A stretch of 64,000 nucleotides of DNA. It comes from Streptosporangiales bacterium (GTDB taxonomy: Bacteria; Actinomycetota; Actinomycetes; Streptosporangiales; WHST01). Positions within the stretch are counted from its first letter, which is position 1. Each line of letters opens with the position of its first letter. Under the pieces are notes generated by a model. That model was given only the letters and a program-made list of their open reading frames with translations, had not been told where the DNA came from and did not search any database. The DNA lies in NCBI GenBank assembly GCA_009379955.1, contig WHST01000007.1:6267-70266 (forward strand). The letters are read 5' to 3'. This document shows, in pieces, positions 1-11,988 of the stretch. Both the position numbers and the translations under genes were made by a program.

Positions 1-1536
1 GAGCACGCCGACCGCGATCGCCGCCACGAGCGCGGTGAGGATCAGCACGCCGGTCGGGTCGTCGGTGATCGCGCGTGCGACGGAGACGAGCAGGTCGCTC
101 AGCTCCTGCCCCAGGCCGGTCTTGGTGATGACCGACGTGATGATGCCGGCCGCCGCGCAGACCGCGACCACCGCGAGCACCGAGCGGACACCGGCGGACA
201 GTGCCGTGTACAGGCCCTTGACGAAGCCGGTGAGCGAGGCGCCGAGTGGCAGCCGTTCGGCGTGCGGGTCGCGCGGGTCGCGGCGTGCGATGACGCGCTC
301 GGCGAGGCCGAACAGGAGTGCCACGCCCGTCGCGTAGACGACGGCGCGGAACGGCGGGATGTCGAGCGCGAGGAACACGACGATGATGGCGAGGGAGAGG
401 AAGTGGTAACCGAAGCGCAGCAACAGCTTGAGCGCACTCGCGGACGTCACGTCGACGGCCTTGGCGCCGAACCTGCGGGCGTCGATCTCGACGGCGAGGA
501 CGATGCCGACGTAGTAGAGCAGGGTGGGCACGATCGCCCAGATGAGGACGTGGAGGTACGACGTCTGCAGGTACTCGGCGATGATGAACGCGGCGGCGCC
601 GAGGGTGGGCGGGGAGAGGATCGCGCCGATGCCGGACGCCGCGAGCATGCCGCCGGCGTTCTCGCGCGGGTAGCCCGCGCGCTTGAGGATCGGCCAGGTC
701 ACCGACCCGAGACTGACCGCCGTGGCGGTGCCCGAGCCCGAGACCGTGCCGAGCAGGAAGCCCGAGAGCGCGACCGTACGTCCGGGCGCGGACCGTGACC
801 TGCGGAAGGCGGCGAAGCTGAAGTCGATGAAGAAGCGTCCCGCGCCGGACATGTCGAGCACGGCGCCGTAGATGGTGAAGAGGACGATGTAGCTCGCCGC
901 GACGTCGAGTGGCGTGCCGTAGAACCCGCTCTGGTCGTTGTAGAGCGCGTTGACGATCTGGTCGATGTCGATGCCGGCGTGCGCGATCGGCAGCGACTGC
1001 GGCAGGTAGCCGCCGTAGTAGGCGTAGAGGAAGAACGCGACACAGACCCCGGGCAGGATCCACCCCGTCGTACGTCGGCAGGCCTCGAGTACCAGGAGCA
1101 GGAGCAGGCCGCCCATGACGACGTCGAGCGGGGTGAGCGAGCCCTGCCGGTCGAGGAATGCGTCGAACCCACCTCCGCCGGCGGCGCCGAACGACACCGG
1201 GAGGACGGGGTAGAGGCACGTCACCAGCGTCACCGCCGCGAGCACCCAGTCGAGCACGCCGGGGTTGTCGCCGGTGCCGCGGCGCTTGCCCGTCATCCGG
1301 TAGCAGACGAACACGATCGGCAGCACGAACGCGAGGAACAGCATCAGGTAGAACTGGTTGCCGCTGCGCAACGGCAAGAAGACCTGGACGACCACGAAGA
1401 GCGACACCGCGAAGCACGCGACCGTGACGGCGATCGCGACCGGTCCGGTCAGATGGCGTGAGGGACGTTCCTCGTCGTGCTGCTCGGCGATCGCGGTGAC
1501 GTCGGGGCCGTCCTCGTCCTTGGTCGCCGTGGCCAT
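1..1536 (-). CDS. TRAP transporter fused permease (4TM/12TM fusion type); the 3' end runs off the left edge of the window
   Basis: Absent from the ORF track because no stop lies in the window. The reverse complement from the ATG at 1536-1534 reads [19 protein letters not shown], then 512 stop-free GC3-rich codons of transmembrane segments, including [34 protein letters not shown] and [29 protein letters not shown]. Confidence 0.8.
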   Translation of the reverse strand, partial: MATATKDEDGPDVTAIAEQHDEERPSRHLTGPVAIAVTVACFAVSLFVVVQVFLPLRSGNQFYLMLFLAFVLPIVFVCYRMTGKRRGTGDNPGVLDWVLAAVTLVTCLYPVLPVSFGAAGGGGFDAFLDRQGSLTPLDVVMGGLLLLLVLEACRRTTGWILPGVCVAFFLYAYYGGYLPQSLPIAHAGIDIDQIVNALYNDQSGFYGTPLDVAASYIVLFTIYGAVLDMSGAGRFFIDFSFAAFRRSRSAPGRTVALSGFLLGTVSGSGTATAVSLGSVTWPILKRAGYPRENAGGMLAASGIGAILSPPTLGAAAFIIAEYLQTSYLHVLIWAIVPTLLYYVGIVLAVEIDARRFGAKAVDVTSASALKLLLRFGYHFLSLAIIVVFLALDIPPFRAVVYATGVALLFGLAERVIARRDPRDPHAERLPLGASLTGFVKGLYTALSAGVRSVLAVVAVCAAAGIITSVITKTGLGQELSDLLVSVARAITDDPTGVLILTALVAAIAVGVL

Positions 1537-1599
1537 AGGGCGGGACGCTACTGGCATACCCCTGGATCCGGGAAGTGGCGTGCGCGGGAGACTGGCCGC

Positions 1600-2301
1600 A
1601 TGACACGTGCCGACCTGAGCAAGCGGCCCGACGAGGTCGCGGCAATGTTCGACCAGGTCGCCGCGCGCTACGACGTCACCAACCTCGTCATGACGCTCGG
1701 CCAGGACCGTCTGCTCTGGCGTCCCGCGGTCGTCCGTGCCGTCGACGCGCGGAGCGGTGACCGGGTGCTCGACCTCGCCGCAGGCACGGGGCCGTCGACG
1801 GTGCCGCTGGCCGCGCGCGGCGCGACGGTCGTGGCGTGCGACTTCTCCACCGGCATGCTGCGCGTGGGCAGGCAGCGGCACCCCGAGGTGTCGTTCGTCG
1901 CGGGTGACGCCATGCGGCTGCCGTTCGCCGACCGGTCGTTCGACGCGGTGACGATCTCGTTCGGCCTGCGCAACGTCGCCGACCCGCGGGCGGCGCTCGC
2001 CGAGATGCTACGGGTGACCAGGCCGGGCGGCAGGGTCGTGGTGTGCGAGGTGTCCACGCCGACGTGGACGCCGTTCCGCCGCGCGTACGAGGTGTTCCTC
2101 GGCCGCGTGCTCCCCGCCGCGGGCCGGGTGGTGTCGAGCGACCCGGTGGCGTACGACTACCTGGTCGAGTCGATCCGCGACTGGCCCGACCAGCCGACGC
2201 TGGCGCGGGTGCTGCAGGCGGCGGGCTGGGAGCGGGTCGCCTGGCGCGACCTGAGCGGCGGTGCCGTCGCGCTGCACCGCGGCTTCCGCCCGGCCGCCTA
2301 G
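1600..2301 (+). CDS. menG: demethylmenaquinone methyltransferase (UbiE/MenG family)
   Basis: Inner ATG of ORF 1477..2301. Reads [28 protein letters not shown], with SAM motif VLDLAAGTG and ISFGLRNV...PGGRVVVCE, typical of UbiE/MenG. Confidence 0.9.
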   Translation: MTRADLSKRPDEVAAMFDQVAARYDVTNLVMTLGQDRLLWRPAVVRAVDARSGDRVLDLAAGTGPSTVPLAARGATVVACDFSTGMLRVGRQRHPEVSFVAGDAMRLPFADRSFDAVTISFGLRNVADPRAALAEMLRVTRPGGRVVVCEVSTPTWTPFRRAYEVFLGRVLPAAGRVVSSDPVAYDYLVESIRDWPDQPTLARVLQAAGWERVAWRDLSGGAVALHRGFRPAA

Positions 2302-2747
2302 GACACCTCGTCCTGCCGGATCGCGCGGACGAACGCCGGCAGGCCGGTCAGCAGGGCGGTGCGCTCGGCGCGGGTCATGCGGGCGATCCAGCGTTCGAAG
2401 CTCTCGTGGAAGCCGCCCGCCATCTCGCGGTGCATCGCGCGGCCACGGTCGGTCAGTCGCAGCCGGTGGGTCCGCCGGTTGGCCGGGTCGCGTTCCCGGA
2501 CGAGGAGGCCCTTGCCCTCCATCACCGCCACGAGCCGGCTCACGCTGCTCTTCTCCAACCGCAGGCGTTCGGCCAGCTCGCGCTGCGACAGCGGCACATC
2601 GGTGTCGAGCTCGTGCAGGGCGAACGTCTGGGAGAGGGTGAGCGGCAGCCCGGGCATCGTCTGGTCGGGGTGGAGCAGCCCGGCCATCCGGATCATGTCC
2701 ATGAAGACGCCGTGCAGCCGCTCCGACTCGGTGCGGTCCACCGCCAC
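2298..2747 (-). CDS. MarR family transcriptional regulator
   Basis: 149 aa. Winged-HTH pattern [50 protein letters not shown]. Divergent from the methyltransferase gene. Confidence 0.9.
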   Translation of the reverse strand: MAVDRTESERLHGVFMDMIRMAGLLHPDQTMPGLPLTLSQTFALHELDTDVPLSQRELAERLRLEKSSVSRLVAVMEGKGLLVRERDPANRRTHRLRLTDRGRAMHREMAGGFHESFERWIARMTRAERTALLTGLPAFVRAIRQDEVS

Positions 2748-2764
2748 CTCCAGGGTCCATCAAT

Positions 2765-2819
2765 AGTTGCAAGTGACAACTGTGCGACGTAGTGTCGATG
2801 ACAGTTGCACCTTACAACT
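2765..2819. promoter_or_regulatory. Two copies of a 17-bp dyad, AGTTGCA-N4-ACAACT, in the MarR/methyltransferase divergent region; probable MarR operators
   Basis: AGTTGCAAGTGACAACT at 2765-2781 and AGTTGCACCTTACAACT at 2803-2819. Each has AGTTG/CAACT inverted arms, and the centres are 38 bp apart. Confidence 0.6.
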
Positions 2820-2833
2820 CTGGAGTGAGTCCG

Positions 2834-3448
2834 ATGCAGGCATCTACCCACCACCACCATCAGACCCGCGTCCTGCCGAAGGTCTTCGCCGGCCACAGCA
2901 CCCGGGTGTACGACCTCTTGGCCCGCCGCCTGCTGCGCGGGTTCTACCGGCGGATCGCGGAGGACGTCGCCGACGCGGCGCCCGACGGCGGCGCGGTGCT
3001 CGACGTCGGCACGGGGCCGGGCGTACTCCTCACCGAGATCGCCCGCCGGCGTGCCGACGTCAGGCTCACCGGGATCGACCTGTCCGCCGACATGGTCGCG
3101 ACGGCGCAGCGCAACGTCGCCGAGCTTGGCGAGCGGGTGTCCGCCCAGGTGGCCGACGTGGCCGGCCTGCCGTTCCCCGACGACGCGTTCGATCTCGTCG
3201 TCACGTCGCTCAGCCTGCACCACTGGGACGACGTCGAGAGTGCCGTCGCCGAGCTCGCCCGCGTCCTGCGACCGGGCGGCCGCCTGTACGTCTACGACTT
3301 CCCGGCCGCGCCGTTCAGCGACGTCGTCGCGACGGCGGACGCACGTGGACTGTTCACCGGGGGAGCCTCGCGCCGCACGACCATCAGGACCGGCGTGCTC
3401 TTCCCGCGTCGCTGCGTCAGGCACGTCATGTACGCCGCCGGCGGGTGA
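2834..3448 (+). CDS. class I SAM-dependent methyltransferase
   Basis: ORF 2792..3448 with motif I VLDVGTGPG and LVVTSLSLHHW, PGGRLYVYD. I prefer the ATG at 2834 (GGAG 11 nt upstream) because the start at 2792 would put the second dyad inside the coding sequence. Confidence 0.8.
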   Translation: MQASTHHHHQTRVLPKVFAGHSTRVYDLLARRLLRGFYRRIAEDVADAAPDGGAVLDVGTGPGVLLTEIARRRADVRLTGIDLSADMVATAQRNVAELGERVSAQVADVAGLPFPDDAFDLVVTSLSLHHWDDVESAVAELARVLRPGGRLYVYDFPAAPFSDVVATADARGLFTGGASRRTTIRTGVLFPRRCVRHVMYAAGG

Positions 3449-3450
3449 CG

Positions 3451-4500
3451 TCAGCGGTGCCGTTCCCATGCGGCGCCACGTCCGACGCCGTCGACGGAGA
3501 CGAGTCCGGCGCGACGCAGGTCGTCCAGGGCGATCCGTATCGTCTGGTCGCTGACTACGGGTAGCGCGGTACGGACGTCGGCTATGCGGAATCGGGCCGG
3601 GGCGTGCCGTAGTACGTAGTCGCGCACGCGGTCCTGCTTCGTCCCGCCGGAGCGTGCGGCAGCGGCGCGATCCCCGAAGCGCTCGTAGGCCCCCGCCAGG
3701 ATCGTCGTCAGGTAGCCGAGCCAGGGCCACGGATCCGACTCGCCGGCGTGCCAGCCATGCGTGGATCGGAGCAGTGTCTCGTAGTACTCGTCGGCTCTGT
3801 CGGCAATGCTCTCCTCCAGGCTCACGTAGCGCCCCACCGAGTAGCCGGCATCGAAGAGCAGTGCCGTCGTGACGGCGCGGGTGACCCGGCCGTTGCCGTC
3901 CTCGAAGGGGTGGACGACCAGGAGGTCGAGGGCGAACAGCCCGATCACCAGCACGGGATGGTGCCGGCCTGCCCGGTATGCGACATCGAATCGCTCGACG
4001 AGCTCGGCGACGTAGAACTCCGTCTCGGCAGCGGCGACCGGACGGAACCGGGTCGTGACGCGACCGTCCGCCGCGCAGTCCACGACCAGGTTGTCGTGCG
4101 CCTTGAAGCGTCCTCCAGTGGCGGACGCATGGGCGAAGAGCATGCGATGGACGTGGAGCAGGAGGCCGGCGTTCAGCGGTTTCCAGTTCTCGCGGAAGAG
4201 GTAGTCCTGGGCGTCGCGGTAGCCGGCGAGCTCCTGCTCGCTCCGGGTGCGCAGGACGTCGGCCCGCCCGGAGATGATCCGCTCGGCGCGGGCGGGTGAG
4301 TCGATGACGACACCCTCGATCGCCGACGACGCGGTGATCGAGGCGATGCGGGCGCGGTCGGCCAGGCTGGTGAGGAGACCCGGGAGCTGCTCCCGGTAGA
4401 GCAGCTCCGACCCGCGGCCATGGTCGATCGCGCTCAGGTTGAGTACGACCGCCGCCGGCACCGAACCGAGGATGCCGTCGAGGTCGATGAAGCTCCGCAC
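3451..4500 (-). CDS. Fic family protein (predicted AMP-transferase) with N-terminal inhibitory motif and C-terminal winged-helix-like tail
   Basis: Canonical Fic motif HPFEDGNGRVTR. Inhibitory-helix motif (S/T)xxxE(G/N) present as SSAIEG near the N-terminus. 349 aa. Confidence 0.9.
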   Translation of the reverse strand: MRSFIDLDGILGSVPAAVVLNLSAIDHGRGSELLYREQLPGLLTSLADRARIASITASSAIEGVVIDSPARAERIISGRADVLRTRSEQELAGYRDAQDYLFRENWKPLNAGLLLHVHRMLFAHASATGGRFKAHDNLVVDCAADGRVTTRFRPVAAAETEFYVAELVERFDVAYRAGRHHPVLVIGLFALDLLVVHPFEDGNGRVTRAVTTALLFDAGYSVGRYVSLEESIADRADEYYETLLRSTHGWHAGESDPWPWLGYLTTILAGAYERFGDRAAAARSGGTKQDRVRDYVLRHAPARFRIADVRTALPVVSDQTIRIALDDLRRAGLVSVDGVGRGAAWERHR

Positions 4501-4512
4501 CGAAACCTCCCG

Positions 4513-4568
4513 ACGAACGACCTAAACACCATAAGATGGTGTGATCTTACTAGGTTTGTGTCGTTCGT
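4513..4568. promoter_or_regulatory. Low-GC nested palindromes immediately upstream of fic
   Basis: ACGAACGAC (4513-4521) pairs with GTCGTTCGT (4560-4568). These arms enclose the perfect palindrome CACCAT-AAG-ATGGTG (4527-4541). Local GC is clearly below that of the surroundings. Confidence 0.4.
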
Positions 4569-4591
4569 TGAGAGATTTCGGAGAGCGCCAC

Positions 4592-6037
4592 CTACGGGGA
4601 GTGGCGCTGCAGGAAGGAGTAGACCTCGGTGTCGTCGACGCCGGGGAAGGTGCCGGGGGGCAGCGCCGCCAGCAGGTGGGAGTGGGCGCGGGCGCTCGGC
4701 CAGGCGTAGCCGGACCAGCGCTCCGCCAGCTCGCGCGGTGCCGCGCGGCAGCACGTCTGGTCGGGGCAGCCGGACTCGGCGCGCTCGGTGGTGTCGCGGC
4801 CGCGGAACCACTTCGAGTGCACGTACGGCACGCCGACCGTGATGGAGAACTCGCCCTCGGCCGCCGGCTCGGTGCGCGCCGTGCACCAGTAGGTGCCACG
4901 CGGGTTGTCGGTGTACTGGTAGTACGACGCGAACTTGTCCTGCACGCCGAACACCACCCGCGACGCCCAGTTGCGGCAGGCGAGCTGCCCCTCGACCGCA
5001 CCCGTCGGGTCGGTGGGGAAGTTGACACCGTCGTTCTCGTACGCCTTGTAGAGCGTGCCGTTCTCGTGTACCCGCATGAAGTGCACAGGGATGGCGAGGT
5101 GGTGGGTGGCGAGGTTGGTGAACCGGTGCGCAGCGGTCTCGTACGACACGGCGAACACGTCGCGGAGGTCCTGGACGGCGAGGTTGCGCTCCCCCTTGGC
5201 GCGGGTGAGGAAGTCGACGGCCTGCCGCTCGGGCACGAGCAGCGCCGCGGCGAGGTAGTTGGTCTCGACGCGCTGGCTGAGGAAGTCGGCGAAGCTCTCG
5301 GGGTCGGTGTGCTTCAGCACGACCGAGCCGAGCGCCTGGAGGACGACGCCGCGCGGGTCGTGCCCGCCGGCGGTCTGGGTCTGCGGCAGGTAGATGCGCC
5401 GGTGTCGCTGGTCGATCACCGATCTGGTCGAGTGCGGCAGGTCGCGGACGTGGTGCAGCGTGTAGCCCAGGTGACCGGCGAGATCGGAGATCACGTGGTG
5501 CGACAGCGGGCCGCCGCTGTAGCCGACCGCGTCGAGGAGCGTGGCGGCCGCCTGCTCGATGTCGGCGTAGTAGTTCTCGCGTGACCGCATCCGCTCGCGC
5601 AGCTCGGTGTTGGCCCTGCGCGCCTCCTCCGGCGTCGCCGCCTGCTCGTGCACCCGCCGTTCGAGCTCGGCCTGCAGGCCCGCGAGCGCCTCGAGCACCT
5701 CGGACGGCAGCCGCTTGCCGACCTTGACCCGGGGGAGCTGCAGCGAGGCGTAGAGCGGACCGCGCTGCGCGCGCTCGACGGCGATCTCGAGCGCGGCCCT
5801 GCGGTTCGGCGGCGCCGTGCCGAGCAGCTCGCCCATCGGCACGTCGAGGGCGTCCGCGAGCTGCTGCAGCAGCGACAGCCGCGGCTCGCGCCGGCCGTTC
5901 TCGACGAGGGACAGCTGGGACGGCGCGCGGCCGACGACCGCGCCGAGCTCGGCGAGCGTCAGGCCCTTGCGCTGCCGCAGGTGCCTGAGTCGCTGGCCCA
6001 GGGTGAGGACGTCGACGGCGGGTTGCTCCGGAGACAT
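4592..6037 (-). CDS. ramB: XRE-family regulator of the RamB/PrpR short-chain fatty acyl-CoA regulator type (HTH plus ImmA/IrrE-like plus DUF2083-like regions)
   Basis: Inner ATG of ORF 4592..6097. HTH reads [42 protein letters not shown]. About 480 aa, divergent from isocitrate lyase as for ramB and icl in mycobacteria and corynebacteria. Confidence 0.8.
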   Translation of the reverse strand: MSPEQPAVDVLTLGQRLRHLRQRKGLTLAELGAVVGRAPSQLSLVENGRREPRLSLLQQLADALDVPMGELLGTAPPNRRAALEIAVERAQRGPLYASLQLPRVKVGKRLPSEVLEALAGLQAELERRVHEQAATPEEARRANTELRERMRSRENYYADIEQAAATLLDAVGYSGGPLSHHVISDLAGHLGYTLHHVRDLPHSTRSVIDQRHRRIYLPQTQTAGGHDPRGVVLQALGSVVLKHTDPESFADFLSQRVETNYLAAALLVPERQAVDFLTRAKGERNLAVQDLRDVFAVSYETAAHRFTNLATHHLAIPVHFMRVHENGTLYKAYENDGVNFPTDPTGAVEGQLACRNWASRVVFGVQDKFASYYQYTDNPRGTYWCTARTEPAAEGEFSITVGVPYVHSKWFRGRDTTERAESGCPDQTCCRAAPRELAERWSGYAWPSARAHSHLLAALPPGTFPGVDDTEVYSFLQRHSP

Positions 6038-6051
6038 GGATTCACCATACG

Positions 6052-6109
6052 GAAACTTCTGCACTTCTTCTACCGCGAATGCGTTGAAGTGGATCATGCT
6101 TTGCGAACA
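6052..6109. promoter_or_regulatory. Two RamB-box-like motifs in the ramB/aceA divergent region
   Basis: GAAACTTCTGCAC (6052-6064) and ATGCTTTGCGAAC (6097-6109) resemble the corynebacterial RamB consensus A(A/G)AACTTTGCAAA. Both matches are imperfect. Confidence 0.3.
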
Positions 6110-6155
6110 GAGTCATAGGTATCCCGTCCGAACGACGACTTTCGGGGAGAGACCG

Positions 6156-7466
<1,311 letters not shown>

Positions 7467-7522
7467 GGACCGCGACGGTGAATGATGGCCCTGGCACGTT
7501 CACGTTCGGCCAGGGAGGTCTG

Positions 7523-9154
<1,632 letters not shown>

Positions 9155-9247
9155 GTTGTCAGTCATCCATCGCCGCTGGTACGGCGGTCCCGGGCGGGTG
9201 ACAAGGGTGGACTCGGTCGTGGTGTCGGTCGCCTCGCGGCCGCAACA

Positions 9248-9297
9248 CGTGAACGGCACCCTCACCGTGCCGGGGCATGGTGAGGGTGCCGTTCACG
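9248..9297 (+). terminator. 19-bp perfect stem hairpin downstream of aceB
   Basis: CGTGAACGGCACCCTCACC (9248-9266) and GGTGAGGGTGCCGTTCACG (9279-9297), with a 12-nt loop. Confidence 0.7.
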
Positions 9298-9341
9298 GGT
9301 GCACGCCGAGGGTCATCGGCGGAGCTTCACCTCACCGACAT

Positions 9342-9375
9342 GGACTTCACCTCGTCCCGGCACGAGGTGAAGTCC
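9342..9375. terminator. 14-bp perfect stem hairpin
   Basis: GGACTTCACCTCGT (9342-9355), loop CCCGGC, ACGAGGTGAAGTCC (9362-9375). Confidence 0.55.
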
Positions 9376-9378
9376 ACG

Positions 9379-9400
9379 TTGATCACGTGCACGTGATCAA
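9379..9400. repeat. 22-bp perfect palindrome TTGATCACGTGCACGTGATCAA
   Basis: Self-complementary across its whole length, and contains two CACGTG cores. Confidence 0.8.
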
Positions 9401-9429
9401 ACGGTGCGGGCGGCGAGCCTATTGACGAT

Positions 9430-9468
9430 TCAGACCCTTCAGCGGGCCATGACCCGCTGAGGGTCTGA
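9430..9468 (-). terminator. Hairpin adjacent to the stop of the minus-strand sulfotransferase-like gene
   Basis: TCAGACCCTTCAGCGGG (9430-9446) pairs with CCCGCTGAGGGTCTGA (9453-9468), with one bulged T. Confidence 0.55.
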
Positions 9469-9477
9469 CAACTCTGG

Positions 9478-10215
9478 TCAGCCGGTCGCCTCGCGCAATC
9501 GCTCGTACAGCGGCATGCACGCCGCGGCCACCCTCGCCAGCTCGCCGGACAGCCGCACCTCGCGGGGACGGTACGGGGCGAAGCCGGTCGACCGCTCGAC
9601 CGCGGCGTACCAGTGCGGTGCCCAGATGCCGTCGCTCTCCCGGCGACCGGAAGGCCAGCGCAGCATGCGGTCGCTGAATTCGACGCCCACGTACGCACAC
9701 AGCGCGCGCAGGTGCCGTTCCGGGTCGCGCAGGAAGTCGGCCGCGTCGATGACGGGTGGCGGAGTGTCCTCGGCGGCGAGCTCGTCGTAGAGCGCCACCT
9801 GTTGCGGGAGCCCGATGTCGTCGGGCGTGACACTCGCTCTCGCCTTCGTGTACGAGGCGACCACCTCGCGCGGGTCGCGGATGAGGAGCACGTTGGTGAG
9901 CCGCCTGATCCACGAGCGGTCGACCTCCGGCAGCAGGTGGCCGTTCATGTGCTTCTGGTAGAAGACCGCGGTGCCCGCGGGCACGCTACCGAGCAACGTC
10001 TCCACCACGCGACGCCAGTCGGTCTCGCCCGCCGCCACGATCTCGTCGCGTGCCGGGTGGTCGAGGCGTGTCGTCGCGAGGTAGTACGCGTACAACGGCT
10101 CGTCCACGACCACGGTGTCGGCGCGGTTCTCCCAGGACCGCATCAGAGCGGTCGAGATGTTGCGCGGTCCCGACCAGACGGCCAGGCGTACGGGGTCGTC
10201 GCTCACGGGGGCCAT
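9478..10215 (-). CDS. sulfotransferase-like P-loop family protein
   Basis: ORF 9478..10245. N-terminal VWSGPRNISTALMRSW resembles a PAPS-binding loop. Start taken at the inner ATG (MAPVSDD). The family assignment is from memory of similarly annotated actinobacterial proteins. Confidence 0.6.
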   Translation of the reverse strand: MAPVSDDPVRLAVWSGPRNISTALMRSWENRADTVVVDEPLYAYYLATTRLDHPARDEIVAAGETDWRRVVETLLGSVPAGTAVFYQKHMNGHLLPEVDRSWIRRLTNVLLIRDPREVVASYTKARASVTPDDIGLPQQVALYDELAAEDTPPPVIDAADFLRDPERHLRALCAYVGVEFSDRMLRWPSGRRESDGIWAPHWYAAVERSTGFAPYRPREVRLSGELARVAAACMPLYERLREATG

Positions 10216-10409
10216 CCTGCCCGAGGCTCCGTCGCACCGCGTCACCGTCGGCCGAGGGCCTAGATCGATTGCATGATGCAGGACTACGCTTGGGCCGCAG
10301 TTGACGACCCAGAGCGACAGGCAACGAGGCCGGTTCGCGTGCCTCGTCTCCTTCGCGCCAGTGGTCGGCGCGTGGGCTTCCCGCCCAAGGACGAGATGAG
10401 GGAGCCGTC

Positions 10410-11870
10410 ATGGCGGATACCAGTGACCGCGGGGGCGCCGAGGGGACAGCGACGCTACCGAGCCGGTATCTACCGGCCGGCGAGCTGAGGGATCTGCCCG
10501 AACCCGTACGGTTGCGCAAGATCGTCGGTGCGAGCGTCATCATCCTGGCCACGGCGATCGGCTCGGGCGAGATCATCCTCTGGCCGTACATCACCACACA
10601 GATCGGCTTCGCCTTCATGTGGGCGGCGGTCGTGGGGTTCGGCATCCAGTTCTTCCTGAACATGGAGATCGAGCGTTACACGCTTGCTACGGGAGAGTCG
10701 GTGGTCACGGGGTTCTCCCGGCAGTGGAAGCCATGGTGGTGGCTGTTCATCGTCTTCGCGCTGTGCCAGAACTTCTGGCCGGGGTGGGCGACCGGAGCGG
10801 CGACCTCGCTGACGTTCGTTCTGGGCCTGGGTGAGGGCGCGCCGATCGTGCCGATCACCATCGCGGGCCTCGTCGCCATCGGCCTGGCGCTCACCCTCTC
10901 GCCGGTCGTCTACCAGACGGTAGAGAAGATCCAGGGCGCGATGGTCATCCTCATCATGCTCTTCGTCATCGTCGCGATCCCGGTCGCCACCTCGGGCGAG
11001 GCGTGGGGCGCGCTCGTCACCGAGGGCATCGGCAGCCCGGGCTTCCCGGTCGGGCAGGAGGGACTCGGTATCGCGCTGCTCCTGGGCGCGCTGGCCTTCG
11101 CCGGTGCCGGCGGTGCGAACAACCTGGTGCAGAGCAACTACATCAGGGACAAGGGCATGGGCATGGGCCAGCACATCCCTCGGATCGTCTCGCCCATCAC
11201 CGGGCACGAGGAGGCGCGGCCCTCGCTCGGCTACCTGTTCCCGACGACCCCGGAGAACATGCGCCGGTGGCGTGGCTGGTGGCGCATCGCCAACTGGGAG
11301 CAGTTCATCACCTTCTTCGTCATCGGTGTGGTCTCGCTGGTCGTCCTGGCCGTACTGGCGTACTCGACCCTGCCGGTGGGACAGGTCGACCAACAGGACC
11401 TCTCCTTCCTCCTCCTCGAGGGGCAGACCCTGCAGGCGACCATCGCACCCTGGTTCGGCACCGCCTTCTGGATCGCCGCTGTGCTCACGCTGTTCTCGAC
11501 GAACCTGGGCATCATCGACTACACCTGTCGGCTGGTCGCCGACCAGCTCAAGATCAACGCCTTCAGGACCAGCACGTTCTGGTCGGAGAGCCGCGTCTAC
11601 GCGGCGGCCGTGTGGCTGATGATCGCGGTCGGCATCGTGATCCTCGTCGCGGGTCTCGACCAGCCGTTCGTGCTCCTCGTGATCGCGTCGTCCATCGCGG
11701 GCGTGCAGATGTTCATCTACTCGGGGCTGCTGATCCTGCTCAACCGCAGGGCACTGCCCAAGCCGTTGCGGGTAGGCGGCATCCGGCTCGCGGTGCTCGC
11801 GCTGTCGTTCCTGTTCTTCGGGTTCCTGTCGGTGCTCCTGGTCCTCGACAACCTGGGTATCAGTCTCTGA
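10410..11870 (+). CDS. Nramp-family (Nramp-related) metal ion transporter
   Basis: 486 aa polytopic membrane protein. N-terminal region IILATAIGSGEIILWPY and NMEIERYTLATGES is typical of Nramp-related transporters. Confidence 0.75.
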   Translation: MADTSDRGGAEGTATLPSRYLPAGELRDLPEPVRLRKIVGASVIILATAIGSGEIILWPYITTQIGFAFMWAAVVGFGIQFFLNMEIERYTLATGESVVTGFSRQWKPWWWLFIVFALCQNFWPGWATGAATSLTFVLGLGEGAPIVPITIAGLVAIGLALTLSPVVYQTVEKIQGAMVILIMLFVIVAIPVATSGEAWGALVTEGIGSPGFPVGQEGLGIALLLGALAFAGAGGANNLVQSNYIRDKGMGMGQHIPRIVSPITGHEEARPSLGYLFPTTPENMRRWRGWWRIANWEQFITFFVIGVVSLVVLAVLAYSTLPVGQVDQQDLSFLLLEGQTLQATIAPWFGTAFWIAAVLTLFSTNLGIIDYTCRLVADQLKINAFRTSTFWSESRVYAAAVWLMIAVGIVILVAGLDQPFVLLVIASSIAGVQMFIYSGLLILLNRRALPKPLRVGGIRLAVLALSFLFFGFLSVLLVLDNLGISL

Positions 11871-11879
11871 GATGGCCCC

Positions 11880-11972
11880 GTGCTGAAGCGACTGTGGCTG
11901 CGCATCCTGGTGGCGCTGACGATCTGGATCGCGCTCGTCGCGCTGATGTGGGCCGTGGGCATGCTCGACTGA
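11880..11972 (+). CDS. Candidate 30-aa hydrophobic small protein directly after the Nramp-like gene
   Basis: GTG start 10 nt after the transporter stop. Reads VLKRLWLRILVALTIWIALVALMWAVGMLD, a single transmembrane helix. 28 of the 30 codons end in G or C. Below the ORF track length cutoff. Confidence 0.35.
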   Translation: MLKRLWLRILVALTIWIALVALMWAVGMLD

Positions 11973-11988
11973 CGGCGTGACAACGCCT

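Noticed and set aside
10246-10409. Possible riboswitch or leader upstream of the Nramp-like transporter (TGCATGATGCA palindrome at 10270-10280; hairpin ACGAGGC-N10-GCCTCGT at 10324-10347).
   Set aside because: I could not match it to any riboswitch consensus I know (Mn yybP-ykoY, M-box, NiCo, guanidine classes). The structures are short. An Rfam/Infernal scan is worthwhile, but I do not claim a feature.
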